A stretch of DNA of 62,178 nucleotides, filler included, from Kipferlia bialata (GCA_003568945.1; 4 parts of 4 records of this genome joined end to end with filler, not necessarily neighbours in it); one strand, 5' to 3'; positions 26,673-52,499 are shown, counted from the whole stretch's first letter. The notes: generated by a model not told the origin, from the letters alone. Numbers and translations: made by a program.

Positions 26673-29214
26673 CTATTTGTTGTGGCTCCTGCCTCTGCCG
26701 TATGCCACAGCTGAGTGGCTGCGTCTGAGCCCAGACCGCGACCCCACCCTGGACCCCCCCTGGCTGGCACCTCTAGAGACAGGTGCAGGGGGAGGGAGGG
26801 CACTCCCATCCACAGGTGGGGGGAGGGTATCAAGAGAGAGACAGGCACTGAGGGTGGTGGAGGCCTCCTCCTCTCCCATCGACCCTACACCCTTAACTAG
26901 GGGCCTGACATTGGCCAGGAGGGCAGACCGGGAGGACAGGCCCCTGATGCCCTGCATCTGTCTCTGGATATCTGCCTCCGTACTGTCAACGGCGTCTGAC
27001 ACACACTCATGAACCACCCACTCACACACAGCGTGGGAGGCAGACCCCTCCTGCTGCACTGCAGCCACTCCCTCTGCCACTATCCCAGCCACTATAGACG
27101 ACGCATACTCCGCCACCTCGGCATCAGCACCGGCACTGTCCCCGTATATACCTGTCTGGGTGAGTCTCGGGACATCCGCCTCCCCCCTCCTCACCAGCAG
27201 GTGCTTGGCCAGGCCGGCTGTCGTGTGGGGCCGGACAGTAAGGGAGACTGGGGGGGAGGGCACGCGTCGACGCACATGAGAAGCGACCCTGAGGGTGAGG
27301 ACTGTAATCCATTCAAACAATGTAATCAAGTAGAGAGTGATGGTGATATACTAACACACACACACACATTAATATATATGTATACCTGTGTCTGCCTGCC
27401 AATGTCTGTGCCCTCTTGCCCGGCTGCCCAGGTGCCTCTGAGGCTGTGGTCTGGCCCATGTCCCTGGGGGGTCAGGGTTGACTCATTCACAATATCTACA
27501 CGATAATGTACGATACTCAACTAAACCCATCTGGTACCTCAGCAGGTTGTGCCTGGCCTCGGCCTCTGGGACATCTGGGCTAGACCCCAGGGGTGCAGTG
27601 GATATGACTGGGTGCAGTCTCTCGGGGCGCCTGAGGGCTAGGGCCAGAGCACTCATGCCGTTGTGCTGGCCAAGGACACTACTGCTCCTGGGGTCAGTGA
27701 ATATACACAAATATATACACTGCCAATGCGTATATGGCTATGGTGTTAGAAGCAGACATGCTAACCTAGCTGCTGTTGTAGGGCCTAGTGGTGGCTGCCC
27801 CCCACTCATCCTAGACACCGATGGGGATGTGGCCCCAGACACAGTGGGGGAGAGGGAGGGGGAGTGCACCAGCACATTGGGTATGGAGGGCAGGGCCATG
27901 GGGCCGGGGGTGCCCCCTCCCCCTCCCCCGTGCTCTATGGCTATGGGCCCTACTGTTATTGACAGAGCCTCTGGGGCATCCGCCCTCCCTACCCTCATGC
28001 TGCGCTGTCTGGACATCTGCCTGGACACCACTGCGCTTCTGTCCATGTGTCCCTCCCCTATGCCACCCCCCACGGCCCTTGTGATGGCATGCTGGTCACC
28101 GGCACCCCTCATGTACCTGGGGTGTCAGGTATGTATGAATATATATACGGACTACCCATTAGTATTGGTGTATTCTCACTGAATACACATACCTCTGGGA
28201 TGCCAGCACGTGCTGGGTACGGGCCCTGGCGGCACTCTCGCTCTGCCTGTCCCTGGTGGCCAGACCGTTCAGCACATCCCGTCTCACTCGACACAGACGC
28301 CTCATGTGTACGGACCTACGCCTGAACTCCTGAAGGGTGAGGGGGAGAGAGATGCAATAATAGAAGACATTGGCCACTTCCAAACCTTGCAAAGATCGGC
28401 ACACCCCTGCCTCTGTGTGGCAGCCTGTCTCCTAGATGACACGCCCTGCTTGTCGAGACATGCAATGTGGCGGCAGAGACGGTGGTACCTAGGTGGTGAG
28501 TAAGGGAGGAGTACTCAGTTAGGTATTCATGTATCAGTTAATAAGAGCGCACTATCCATACTACCTGACAGACAGTGCCCTGTTATGGGCTGTGCACATG
28601 TGCTCACTTCGTTCCCCGGCTCTCTTAGCCCTGTGGTAAGATATGTCTCTTCACTTATAGAGTGTAGTATATACACTGTCACTGTGAGTATCATGGTACC
28701 TTATCCCGAGCACCCTGTGTCTGGTGGCCTCTGCCTTGGACAGGGACCGGAGCACCTTCTCCTGGTGTTCGTCCATGCTCTGTGCCGCAGACACCCTGAC
28801 CTCCTCCCTCAGTCTGTGCACGAGAGAGGTGACCTGGCGGTACACGGCAGCAGCACCATCCCACTGAGGGTGAGGGGGGGGGGGGGGCAGCAGGGGTAAG
28901 CAACAGCATAGAGTGAATACAGAGTCCAAATTAGTGGTAGGATATATATATGTCACTCGCTGCAACCAAGAGAAACATGGTAGCCACTACTATATAATGT
29001 CATGGACACTCAGTTCCTCGTTCCACAGATTCTCAATCCACACTCCCACGCTCAAGAGTTATATTACCTCCCCTTCCTCCATCCTGGCATGGTACAGAGC
29101 AGTCAGAGCCACGAGCCTAGCTGCATCGTCAGTGAGAGTGTCCTCCTCATAGGGGGACACAGACCCAGCCACCGACTTCGGAGACAGAGACGGGTGCAGC
29201 GTATGTGCAAACAT
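26673..29214 (-). CDS. Hypothetical multi-exon protein (partly coiled-coil)
   Basis: ATG at 29214 (MFAHTLHPSLSPK...ARMEEGE), followed by GC-rich exons with canonical donors and acceptors (WDGAAAVYRQVTSLVHRLREEVR..., EFRRRSVHMRRL..., final exon ...GRGRSHNK* ending at 26673). Convergent with the RPGRIP1L-like gene. Confidence 0.7.
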
Positions 29215-29517
29215 CTCTACTGAGCGTTCAGTATCGGAACCAGAAAGGCCCCAGACGCACCACTGGCTCGCTCCAGCCTGACTTAGCAGAGGGTAGCAAA
29301 TATGTGTGTCTCTCAGAGACTCTCTGAAACAACAAACACACTATAAACCCTTTGTCAACTTGCACACAAAAATAGGGGTTTTGATTCTCCACACTGATTT
29401 CTTACTTCACTCCATATACTTCCATCTGTGCCACGCACTCCAAGGAGCAGGTATAATGCCTCAAATTCATCGTGTGTGATACAAGTGTGTATACGTGTTC
29501 CCACCTCAGGGCCGAGC

Positions 29518-31008
29518 ATGCCCTGCCAGACCCAGTGTGCGGTGTCTGTATCTGAGGTCAGCGGGGAGAGAGTGGACACGGCTGAGACCGATGGAGCTAT
29601 AGACAAGTACGAGTATGCGTGCTCGTTTGGCACTGTGAGTGTGGTACGGGACTCGTATGAAGACACCGCAAGAGTTGACACTCACACGTCGGGTGGCCTG
29701 CCAGCGACCCGCTTGGACACGTGGTCTGATGTCAGTCCAGCCTCCCTGGTCCGCGTGGGGGGTTATCTGGTGGGAAGAACAGACGGTGAGTCTCTCGTGG
29801 CATATATGCAAAGAGAGAGTGTATGCAGTCTCTATACCGGGATTATGCGTACAGGTTCAGTTAATGTTAACTATTGAGATCAGTATAGTGGCTATATTTG
29901 TGGTGTGCTCCTCCCTATTAAACACATAGCGGTAAGTGTTGATACTGATTCACTCTGAAGGTATTGTTGCAGATTCAATTTCATGTTTGAATATATAGAC
30001 GGCGACAGTATTCTGTGTTCATCTCTCACTGTATCCCATGCGTTCTTTCAGTCATAGTTGCTCTCTCTTCGGAGGCCCCTAATCACAGGAGATGAAGGCC
30101 TTCCGAGCTTCCACTCGTACCCCCTGGACACGTGGGAGGGGGATGTGTCGGCTGGGAGGGACCTGGGTCAGCCCCCCTGTGGGTCGCAGTCCCTAGATGT
30201 CGATGTCGATGTTTGGTGGCACCCTATTGTGTCCCTTGGTGGCTGTGCTCTGGTACTGAAGGACGAGGACCCAGGGAGTGGACTGGGGGTAACAAGGGCG
30301 TGGCTACTCAACCCAGAGGCAGGGGTAGGCACGCGAGTGTGGACCGAGCTGCCGACCAGCCCCAAGGTATGTACCCCGTAGTAATATATACTAGTATCTG
30401 GTAATAGCGACACAGTATGGAACGTTCTATACCCCTCTGAGCTTGTGTGTGCTCTACTAGACTAGATATCATATTCACAGTGTCAATGTCTCGTAGCCGA
30501 TCATAAGGGACCCACTGACACACAGAGACTGCTTGGGGCATGTTCGGGGGTGCTTGGAGACACCGCGTACTTCCCAGGGTTTGACGATAATGGCATTACC
30601 ATGACTACCTATCACCGAGAGCGTGGGTGGCAGCAGGATATCACCGTTAGGCAACCAGACTGGGGTGTATACGGTGGAGATTCCCTGGTGGCTGTGGGTA
30701 GGTTCATGGTATACATTGGGTGCCAGGTTGATAAAACAGTGTGGGAGATGAGGTTCAAGCTGATAGCCTATGACACAATATCGGGAGAGACAGAGGTCTG
30801 GCACGAGTTGGGCCAGGGTATACCCGTGGCTGAGGGGTCGTGTTCCAACCCACGGCTGTTACATGTCTCTGGAAACACAGCGATTATCACGGCCTATATC
30901 CCGTGTGGCATGGCCCTCGAGGTTGTGTTTGATGAGTCCATGATATATCCCGACCACAGTATGGAGTATGCATACAACGTGGGACGGAGAGGCACACCCA
31001 CAGAGTAG
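29518..31008 (+). CDS. Kelch-like beta-propeller protein; 3 exons (about 29518-29785, 30088-30366, 30525-31008)
   Basis: Blade-like repeats: SLVRVGGYLVG, IVSLGGCALVL, RAWLLNP...WTELP, GVLGDTAYF, LVAVGRFMVYIG, AYDTISGETEVW. The start may lie upstream (possible intron 29451-29509). Confidence 0.6.
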
Positions 31009-32326
31009 AGTCTCTATTTTCGGACCGAGAGTGTGTGTCTTCCTGGGAGTGATGAAACACTGGGAGGAGGTGGGACGTTCCCACTGGGAACCCGGCGCGA
31101 TGGGAATAACGTACCCGTGCGGCCGTCTTAGTCCCTATGGTAATTGTCCAAGCTATGGTGTCCCTTGGGATACCTGGCAGCCACGTGCCCTGGAGGATAT
31201 GCGTCAGGAATTTAGCTTGGAGGATGCAATGGCGCAGCCACCAGCTATGTGACGCCTCACTAGGTGTCATACTCTATGTGACACAGAGTCTCTATGTCAG
31301 ATATACACTAACAAGTATTTCTATTTACTATCTTCCAATCAGTGGTAATCTTGTGAAGATCTATTCATCTATGCAATACAGTCGCCCTACTCCATTCATA
31401 CACTACGCGCGTTTGTAGTAATAAGCCCTGACCGTGCACCCATCCGACTGAATCCCACGATATACGATACTGGACACCAGGATGAATTCTGATCGGAATT
31501 GGAGAATAGTCACGGTGTCCGGGACACTGTCCCTTGCTCGCCGAGATGTACTGTTGTTTGGCGATCGTACGCCAGGACTGACTGGAACTACTCCTCAGCT
31601 GCAGCTGAGTGGTGCATATGTCATTGTAGTCGTTAGAGTCTAATGTGAATAGCTTTGACACGACATTGCAGTATGCGATGCCCAAGTGAAAGACACGTAT
31701 CAGCATCTCTGATTACATACATATATGCATATGTATGCCCTCACCCTATACGCCCGGGGTCTCATGGTTAGGTGGTGTGTGATCAACAGGGTGTGGAGTG
31801 GAGGCTATAGAGGTACGGGTATTCCTCTACACGGTGACTTCTCTCAAGTACACAACACACTCCCAATCACCTCACCCAGGCCTTTGACCTCGAGGGCTAC
31901 TCCTACAAGGGAGGGGAGGACGACACCCCTGTCTTCAGCAGGAGCATGGTGCCCCTCAAGAGTTCTAAGACGAAGGGCAGGAGGTAGAGATAGCGATAGA
32001 GCAGGGCATCCTGGCATCAGTCCAATACCACGAATGTTTGATTCACAGCTATTATACCCACCGAGTTTTGCGGCTGAATAGACAGGTAATGAGTTAAAGA
32101 GCGTATTCCACTGTTGTGCATCAAGAAGTGATGGGTGCCGGAATCCCTACACGATACAGACAACTCAAGGTTTTTGCTCCGCTGAAAGGGTCAAGATCAG
32201 GATCTAGCGGTGTACGTCTCTTGCAGGAGTGTTGGTGGCCTGACCTTTCTATCATTCCTTGTACGTAACTGTACGGCAATTGTGGTTTGTATTTAGTGCT
32301 GTCTTGGGTATTGTGAAGTGTCTTTG

Positions 32327-32364
<38 letters not shown>

Positions 32365-32384
32365 ACCCTCCCCCCCCCCCCCCC

Positions 32385-32421
<37 letters not shown>

Positions 32422-32434
32422 ATGCCCACCCCAG

Positions 32435-33547
32435 ATTCTGACCAACGTGTCTGCCTACCACTGCATGGACTGTCACAAGGAGCAGGTACACAATATGTAT
32501 ACAATGAGTAGGTACAATGCCGTGTATATTCATTGAGCAGGTACACGATATATGTGTATACTGTGTTATATACTATGTTCCGCTATGGTTGTGTATACAG
32601 TGCTCGACTGATACTAGGAGCAGATTGGGTCAGGTGGATATATATTTATATATACTGGGAATGTATCATGTGTGTATATGTAATATATATGGATATATAT
32701 CTATGGATACTGACACGTATAGTGTTTGGAGGGTGTCAGTCATCATACATGGAGTGTGAGTATGTTGTGTGTTTGAAATGGGACAACACGATGTGTATAC
32801 TGTTTACATATGATATGAGACCAGTGGGACTCTGTGATTGTACCCCTGGGTCAAGGACAAACAAGCTATGAGGTTATATCCAGAAGACAGAGGGTACACA
32901 TATATACACCACTATCCTCAGTGCATTGTGTGGCATGGTATGTGTGTATGCATATATACCCATACCTACACCGCTGCCCCTGACCCCAGTCCATTGTATA
33001 CATATCCATACCTGACCCCAGTCCATTGTCTGCGAGGAGTGCTGGAACCCTGAGGAGCATGTGGGCCACAGGGTCAACCTGTGCGCCGTGCATGGTGAGA
33101 CGCTTGATATGGCTGCTGAGACCTGCCATATATATATATATTTGTGGCATCTGCAACACGTATATATATGCTTGGGTGGTGGATAGGATACATTTTGGCC
33201 GATGTACCCTGTTGACCATATTGTCACATACATATAGTGTCCGTATGTCACCTACGTGTAGATACATGTGTCACATGGAGTCTATGTATGCTCTCTCCTA
33301 CGTATATAGTGTGGACTCTTGTCTTACAAGTCCTGACACTACTAGTACTAGCTGTGTGTCCTCCACGTATCCTTGTACTCACTCTTAGGATATATTCATA
33401 TGACATCCATCAACCCCCACCCCCGTTCATCTCTGGAACACCCATAGACACCCTAGTGTATATATCAGCATGCCCCCCCCCCCCTGACCCCAGGCATGTG
33501 TGACTGTGGCGCCAAGGTGGTCAGAAACCCATGCCACCGGCACCCAG
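32435..33547 (+). CDS. UBR-box (N-recognin) zinc-finger fragment, probably part of a UBR E3 ligase; partial at both ends
   Basis: Three exons splice to ILTNVSAYHCMDCHKEQ-SIVCEECWNPEEHVGHRVNLCAVH-GMCDCGAKVVRNPCHRHP, the Y.C..C...C..C.....H.GH......G.CDCG.......C..H pattern of zf-UBR. Confidence 0.85.
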
Positions 33548-33842
33548 GTATAGTTATTATATGGGTATGGTTATTATATGGGTGTGGTTATGGGCACTGG
33601 ATGCATGTTGTATATGTGGGTTTCTCTCTATATCCTGAGTTCAGTTGTATTTATGCATGTTTTTGAATATATAAGTGACTCAAGTACTATTTACACCTGC
33701 ATCCCGTTATATATAATAGTGTATATGATATTGCATGATATGGGCATATGTAGCTGATCATTGGCTACCCTTCATGAGTCCTTGTAGTGTGTTCCATTAG
33801 AAGTGAGTGACTGGAAATGGAATGACCAATATTGTGAGATCT

Positions 33843-33892
<50 letters not shown>

Positions 33893-33936
33893 NNNNNNNN
33901 NNNNNNNNNNNNNNNNNNNNNNNNNNNNNNNNNNNN

Positions 33937-33948
33937 TTAATTAATTAA
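33937..33948. other. Artificial contig linker (TTAATTAATTAA)
   Basis: Same six-frame-stop spacer flanked by Ns. Confidence 0.95.
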
Positions 33949-34213
33949 NNNNNNNNNNNNNNNNNNNNNNNNNNNNNNNNNNNNNNNNNNNNTCGATATC
34001 CACAATGATATCAGTGAATGATATCATTGTGATGATATCCGATATCCTGTGAACTATACTCGAACTCTTTCACGTCCACTGGTTCAACGACTGAAATTCC
34101 AACATTTACTGTAAATACACCAGAATACACAAAACTATAACGGAAACACCAAGACTAAAGGCTCCCGATGTCTCAAATCCTAAGAAAGACATAAGCAGGC
34201 AGCACTACAGACC

Positions 34214-45092
<10,879 letters not shown>

Positions 45093-45266
45093 CTGGGGGT
45101 AAGAGAGTGTATGTACATATATAGTAGTGAGGGAGAGATATACATATACAGTGAAAAGGTATGAGGGGGGGGGGGGGGCAAGGAATATCAAAGGGCATAA
45201 TATGGCCCCAAATACTAAGTGANNNNNNNNNNNNNNNNNNNNNNNNNNNNNNNNNNNNNNNNNNNN

Positions 45267-45278
45267 TTAATTAATTAA
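45267..45278. other. Artificial contig linker (TTAATTAATTAA)
   Basis: Same six-frame-stop spacer flanked by Ns. Confidence 0.95.
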
Positions 45279-45322
45279 NNNNNNNNNNNNNNNNNNNNNN
45301 NNNNNNNNNNNNNNNNNNNNNN

Positions 45323-45377
<55 letters not shown>

Positions 45378-45394
45378 GATACAATCTCACTCAG

Positions 45395-45911
45395 GTACCA
45401 CGACCACTTCATCGACTCCGACAAGGGCAGATTCAAGGACTGGATGGTGATAGTCATGGAGTACTGTGACGGTAAGTAAATGTTCTATTGTATTTATATA
45501 TGGAGTACTGTGACGGTGAGTTCAGCTAGATACCCCCCCTACCCTTCCCCCCTCCCCTCTCCCCCCAAAAAATAGAGAGTCTTTCAACTCTGTTATATCA
45601 CATAGGATTACTAACATGCCAACATAAATGGAGTTTGCAGTGAATTCAACACTCGCCTCCCACCCCCACACATACTTACTCTCTTTCCTTCGTTTGTCAA
45701 TCAACCTCACTTCATATCTTGTCATTCTCTCTCTCCATTATTCTCTCTCTTTGTCTCTCTCTCCTTCTCTCTCTCTGTATCTCATACCCCCCCCCCCGCC
45801 CCCTTCAACCACAGTCGCTCGCTCTCATATTATTTATCAACCTTCTCTCATTCCCCTGCCATAGCCGACTAAACTCAGGCCTCAGTCTTCTGCAGGTCTC
45901 TCTCTCTCTTT

Positions 45912-45948
<37 letters not shown>

Positions 45949-46014
45949 TCTCTAAACTCAGGCATCAGTCTTCTGCAGGTCTCTGCACCATACCAACCAG
46001 TCACACAGGTAACT

Positions 46015-46045
<31 letters not shown>

Positions 46046-46917
46046 TTATATATCTATATATACACACATTATACCTCTTATCTATACTATACTTCATAAC
46101 GAGTCACGCACGACATACTCATTCATGTATATTTTACTTACGAATCAGTCACAGAGCTAATCTTTCTCTCTGTCTCTCGCTCTCCTTGTATATATAGTAT
46201 AGAGTCTCAGTAGTAGTATATAATAAATACCATTATAATAATTTCTAAAATTGTAATAATATATAGAAGTATTAATTGTATAGATTCTCTGAAGTATCGC
46301 CCATATAGCAACACCCATTGAATACCTGCCCCCCCCCCCCTTTCCAGTATATCACTATTCTCACACATATTTCACGTAGTTCTCCTCTCTCTCTTGCTCA
46401 TACTCTCCCTAAGTACCTATTATCCTTACCATTGTTCTCCTTTTCCTTTTGCTTCTCCTATTTATACTTGCATATATTTATTTGTAGTTATGTTTCATAC
46501 ACACATGTATATACATTTATATATACACATATTTATACTTTAATTATTATATATTTCTGAGTATTATTTAGATACCCTTATCCTTATCCTCCAGGCAGAG
46601 ATTGAGAGGTCCTATCCTCACCTACTCCCTGGGAAGAGTCTTGACCACCTGCTGGTCATGGCAGAGCAGGTGTTGTAAATATCCATAATATACAATAACT
46701 CAGTATATTTGACTTCAATGTATATACTGTAATTTTATACTATTACTCTGTATGGTCTATCTATGAGGCTTGACCACCTGCTGGTCATGGCAGAGCAGGT
46801 AATATATGTATATATACATATATATATGTATATGAATTCATATTATCACTATTTCTGTACATACTGTGTATACTCCCTGGGAAGAGTATTGACCACCTGC
46901 TGGTCATGGCAGAGCAG

Positions 46918-46953
<36 letters not shown>

Positions 46954-49900
46954 CCCGTCTCTCTTTCTGTACCTATTTCTATGTCTATGTTATTGTAGGT
47001 GCATTACTGTTTTCAAAAGCATTCTCTATTTACTCCATATAGAGCAGGTAATGTATGATGCTTTCTCTTACTGTTATATTTGAATACCGTGTACTCTGTA
47101 CATGTACATATATTGCCTTTACGCATTCATACTACTTCTAGATACGTACTTTTCCTTAACACTATTTACATATGCATATGTGTTGTAGTGTACATGTATT
47201 GATGATGAAATTGATGTGTCTTTCCACTCTCATTCTTAGATTCTGAAAGGCCTTTCTGAGCTGCACAGAAACAACATAGCCCACAGGGATATCAAGGTAC
47301 ACGAGTATATTCCTATTCATGTTTTGAGTAATACATACCCCTTGTAGTAAATATAACAACACAGAATAGAACACATCTATATTTTTCCACTACTTCATCG
47401 TATAGGTATGTCTGTTCCGACCAGTATTCTGCTGTCTCTCTGTGTGTATCCACGGTATATCTATGTACTGTTTGTTTATGTCGTACATCTATTTGTTGTC
47501 TTAGCCTGCCAACCTCATGCTATTCTCTCTCTCCAGCTCTCTTTTCCTCTCTCTCTCCCTCTCTGTCTATATATGTATATATATATGCATGTGTGAATAC
47601 ATACATATATGACTAACTCTCAGCCTGCCAACATCATGGTATTCTCCCCCTCTCTTTTCCTCTCTCTCTCTCTATATATTGACATATGTATACATGTGTT
47701 TATACATATACCACTAACCCTCAGCCCGCCAACATCATGGTGTGCAAGGTGCCTGGATCAGATGTACCATGCTGCAAGCTGATAGACCTTGGCCTCAGTA
47801 GGCTGTTCAAGCCTGACGAGGTATATACATTAACTATATTGTATGGAATAATTCATGTTTCTCTTTCTTATTCTTTCGCTCTCTCTTTATAGTTTACCAT
47901 AGATATATATATATATATACATGTTTATACGTGACAAGGTATATATCTGTCATATATACATTTGTGTGTCTTTAATAACCCAATTTGGCATTTTTGGTCC
48001 AAATTACATGTGGCCCTACATACTGTCACTATAGAGTCATATATTACCACAGGGCAGCTCCATAACTCATTATATACATATATAATACTTAATGTTAATA
48101 TGGTAATATATAGATATTACATATATGTGAATATTGGTACCTCTACATGGGTGTACAATTATGTATATTACATAACAATCTATGTAGTCTCTTACCACAG
48201 TCCATGATCAGTAGCTTTATATTATATATTGTTAATAAATATTAATTAATTATAATTAATTTGTATTATTAATAATGTGTATATATATGCATTAATACAG
48301 TCCATAAGAATTTATGAATACGTATATATATTCCACCTGTGTCTAACCCCAGTCCATGATCAGTAGCTTTGCCGACGTGTCCCCTCTCTACAGCGCCCCA
48401 GAGGTACATATGTATATACATATAGTTACAGCGGACGCGTATATATAAATATATAAATACATATGCATATACCTACATATACTAACACACATATATGTGT
48501 GTGTCTACAGCGCCCCAGATGTACATGTAGTGTGACTGTATATATGTGTATGCAGCAGAAGCCTTATTATATGCGTTAGTCACATATAGTGTGTGACTGT
48601 GTATATGCGCATACAGCAGATGCCATCACAATACAATGTATGCTTGTCTCTTGCATTCACTAACTCCTTAGAAGTTCACTGGTGGCTATACCCTTTCCGT
48701 TGACATATGGGCACTGGGAATCACTCTGTCTCAGGTATGAATCATACCTTATATCATACTATATGATATAAATACATATATGTGATATACCTACATACAT
48801 ATATGTGATATACATACATACATATATGTGATATATATACATATGCTGTATATACATATATAGGGGATCACTCTGTCTCAGGTATGATATTTATATACAT
48901 ATATCAATGTATAGACGTGGAAGTATTACTACATACATCCATAAAGGGTTCCAAAACTACATCAATTAATTATTACACCCTTTGCATATCTCGAATTTCA
49001 ATAACCTATTTTGGAGTGATTATGCCCGAATAGTTTATCTTTGTATGTCTACAAATGGGCCCTGGGCACAATATGTCATGTATGGCATGGTAATATATGC
49101 ATTTAGTAACTATCTCTGACCCCTAGCTGTGCACCTCCAAGTGTGTGTTACACAAGGGCACTGCGGACCACTATGTTACACCATCATATATAATAATTAC
49201 AAATAATTCTAAGTGCATTGCTTTTTCCTCTGACTCCTAGCTCTGCACCCCCAAGTGTGTGTTGGACTACCCACAGTCTCTGTCGGCAGTCAGAAACCGT
49301 CTCATGAGAGGGGATCCTAGGTATTAAGGGTCTAGAGAGACAGAGACAGAGAGAGAGAGAAATTTATATATATTCACCGTCTTGTGAGAGGGGATCATAG
49401 GTGAGCTCTGGATGCACCTTTCTAAATGGGTCTTGATTGTATCTACTTATACTGTAGGCATTAAACGTTCTCTCTACTTTCACACACACATATATATATA
49501 TTGTCTGTCGTCAGTCAGAAACTGGTGTGCCCTTTTGTGGTAGGACCTAAAGTAACATATATATATATACTATTTACATATACACATACATAATGATACT
49601 AAGCATGTGTTCATCCTTCGATACCATATCATACCCACTAACCTTAACCACTAGAATTCTGCAGCATATACATATATGTATATATCTACATACTAGGCCT
49701 AGTATGTTATTATGAATGTGTTTATACATTTTTGTGTCTACTGTCACGATACCCACTAACTTCAGGCGTCTTACTGATCTGGAGACGGGTGTCCCAGGCC
49801 TCGCCAGAGTGATCAACAGTATGCTGGAGGTACTTATGTACATATATATATATATACATCTCTTCGGATACGTTCTATATATTCCATAGTCGTACACACA

Positions 49901-52090
49901 CTTGAATAGTGTGATCAACAGCATGCTGGAGGTAATGATGTATATCGCGACAAGTATTGGTTTCATGACACCTCTATATACCAATATACCAATAATAATA
50001 CATATGAATATATACTACACATACATACATATTAATACATATGTATGTACTACATACATGCATTGATATCCATCTGACACAGCGCGACACGGAACGTCGT
50101 CCCACCGCCCCCCAAGCATTGGACATGATACGATCCGTACATGCGCACCAACTGCGGTGTGGTTCAATTGACACTGTCCCCCTCTCTCTCTCCCGCCCGT
50201 CCATTCCCAGCTTGACAGATGCCATAGACGCCTCTATGGCAGTGAGTGAGGCTGAAAACGCGAGAGAGGAGAGAGAGACTCTCCTCAGCAGTCTCAACCC
50301 TAGCCTGGATAGCCAACGCCCCACGCCACCTCAGGAACCATCTTCGAAGAAGGAAGGGCGTGTGTATGAGCCTAGCACCTCGTTCTACACCTCGGTCTCC
50401 AACATATCTGGCTTCCTGACCGGTAGCTACATCCACACCTTCAAGGAAGAGACAGACACCCTGCTCCAGGCCGTGCTCTTCCTCGATGACCCTGTTGCAT
50501 CCAAGTGCCTAGACACCTCTGAGGTATGTCATAATAGACACACTTGTCTATATAGTGATTATACTTCAACATACATCCAAGTGCGTCGACACATCTGAGG
50601 TGAGTCAGATATTGCAGATATATATATATATGTTATACAATATTTACTATTGTTTGTTGTCATTCATTCTTCGAGGGTCCCGTTTGTAATTACTTGGTAT
50701 TTACTAGGGAGTGATGGTTTCTTAATGTGTGTAGCGCGTTGTGATTTATCTACCTATAACCTGCTCTTTGTATCGGGAGATATTGTATAGTTTGTGTTAT
50801 ACACTTCTCCTCATTTTAGGTCGAGGGTGCAGACCGTCTCACTGTGAGGGAGTTTATGCTGGAGAACCTCAGCGATGAGGCAGGCGAGCTCTTCGAGGAG
50901 ACCTTCTCCAGCGAGACAGTCCTCGCACTAGCGACTCGCAACCCCTCAGCAGAGTCAGACACTCTCCCTCTCCTCTTCATTGCTTTGAATGCCATTAGGA
51001 AGCAGAAGGAGGAGTGTACATACCCCACACTGGGCTACTACATGCTCTTTGCTGCTCTCTTCGAGGGTGCTACCCCTCAGATCGAGGCAGCTCTCGATGA
51101 TCTTGGGGAGGAGTCGGAAGAGGCTCATGTGCACCTCAGCGTCAGGGACCTGACCCTCTCTACCGTAGCCATCTCTCTCATGGTGCTGCTACTCTGCGAT
51201 GTCCGGGTGGATGACCTACCCGATGACAGGTCTCTCCCCTCATGTCTCTCCTTTGTCAAGCAGTGCGCCGCAGAGCTGGTGCTAACAGACACCTACTCTG
51301 CAGCCCGTGAGCACGTAGCGGCAACCACATACTGGAAGAATGTGAAGGCTGTGGTCAGGAACTACGCGAAGGACAGGGGCCCTCCAAACAAGCGCTGTGT
51401 CTGGAGACCCACATTTGAGAGAGAGAAGCCTCACCCAGACATACTGAACCTCTTGGGATTCGAGGGAAGATCCCCGCAGCAGCTAGTGGAGGACATACCT
51501 GGTGTGGACTCGCACCCCATCATGAAGGCCGCTGTCACTGAGGCCTGTGAGTATCTCTGTGAGTATGGGGCAGGCGAGGATGACAATCCCTTCCCCAAGC
51601 CATCAACAGACCCAAGGTATGTATGTATTCAATGTATATATTATATATATATATATATATAGGATATAATTATGATACTGAGCCAAGCCATCCACAGACC
51701 CTAGGTAAGCCTTAATACAGTTCAGTTATTATATGTGCTTGTGGCTGTAATGAGTGAGAACTAATCATTATAGTATTTCTATGATATATAGAATATATTT
51801 GACTATGACTCTGACAAACCCTGCGTAGATTCAAAAATAGTACAGTTACGAATATTCTATATGATAATTGATCGTACATTTCGTAACCCCAGTGGACGCG
51901 TACCACCAATTCTTTTGGTTATTGATACATATTACATATAGTATACTATATACTACTATATACTAAGCTCAGTGGACGCGTACCACCTAGGGTCGGAGAC
52001 AAGAAGAAGACACATCCTTTTACACCCAGCAGAGTGTACGGGTTCTGTCTGCTGCTCAGAATGATCATCCACTACCCAGATATCGAGTGA
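45395..52090 (+). CDS. Ser/Thr protein kinase (NEK-like) with long unique C-terminal extension; 5'-partial
   Basis: Exons encode IVMEYCD, ILKGLSELHRNNIAHRDIK-PANIMV...KLIDLGLSR, SPLYSAPE, YTLSVDIWALGITLSQ, INSMLE-RDTERRPTAPQAL, then large exons at about 50082-50523 and 50820-51616 and a last exon ending YPDIE* at 52090. Confidence 0.9.
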
Positions 52091-52499
52091 TATGCTAATC
52101 TCGACAAGTATTACATAGAGTGATATGCTAAGTACTATTTGACGGCATTTGTATTGTACTCTAGGAGTGGTGGTAACGGTCTATTACCACCACTTTATTA
52201 CTAGCCTAATAGATATTGTAGTATTAGTTACCTGTTTTCGTGACTTAATCGTAATCTTTGTATTTTATGGTCACTTCGGAGGCGAAGACTGTTTCTTAGT
52301 CGACAAATAGCTTAGCACCTCTCTGCTTGCATAGTCTAACAATGTAATAATTAGTCGCCAATAGAAATTACGTACCAATTTGTGAGGGAGACGGCCATGT
52401 ACTATAGAGAAATAGGTCTTAGTACTACAATCTATGAACCAAAAACCTAGCGCTCTACAGAATAGTCCCTACAGGTTCACAATCCATGTAATAGAGACT

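Noticed and set aside
31260..32320. Possible transposon remnant in non-repetitive intergenic DNA
   Set aside because: No terminal repeats, target-site duplication or transposase/RT motifs recognisable.
11745..33892. Long poly-C runs (11745-11783, 16862-16910, 32327-32421, 33844-33892) as G-quadruplex, telomere or poly-Pro/Gly coding
   Set aside because: They sit at contig ends or junctions, as expected for low-quality or two-colour-chemistry poly-G read tails or unresolved homopolymers.
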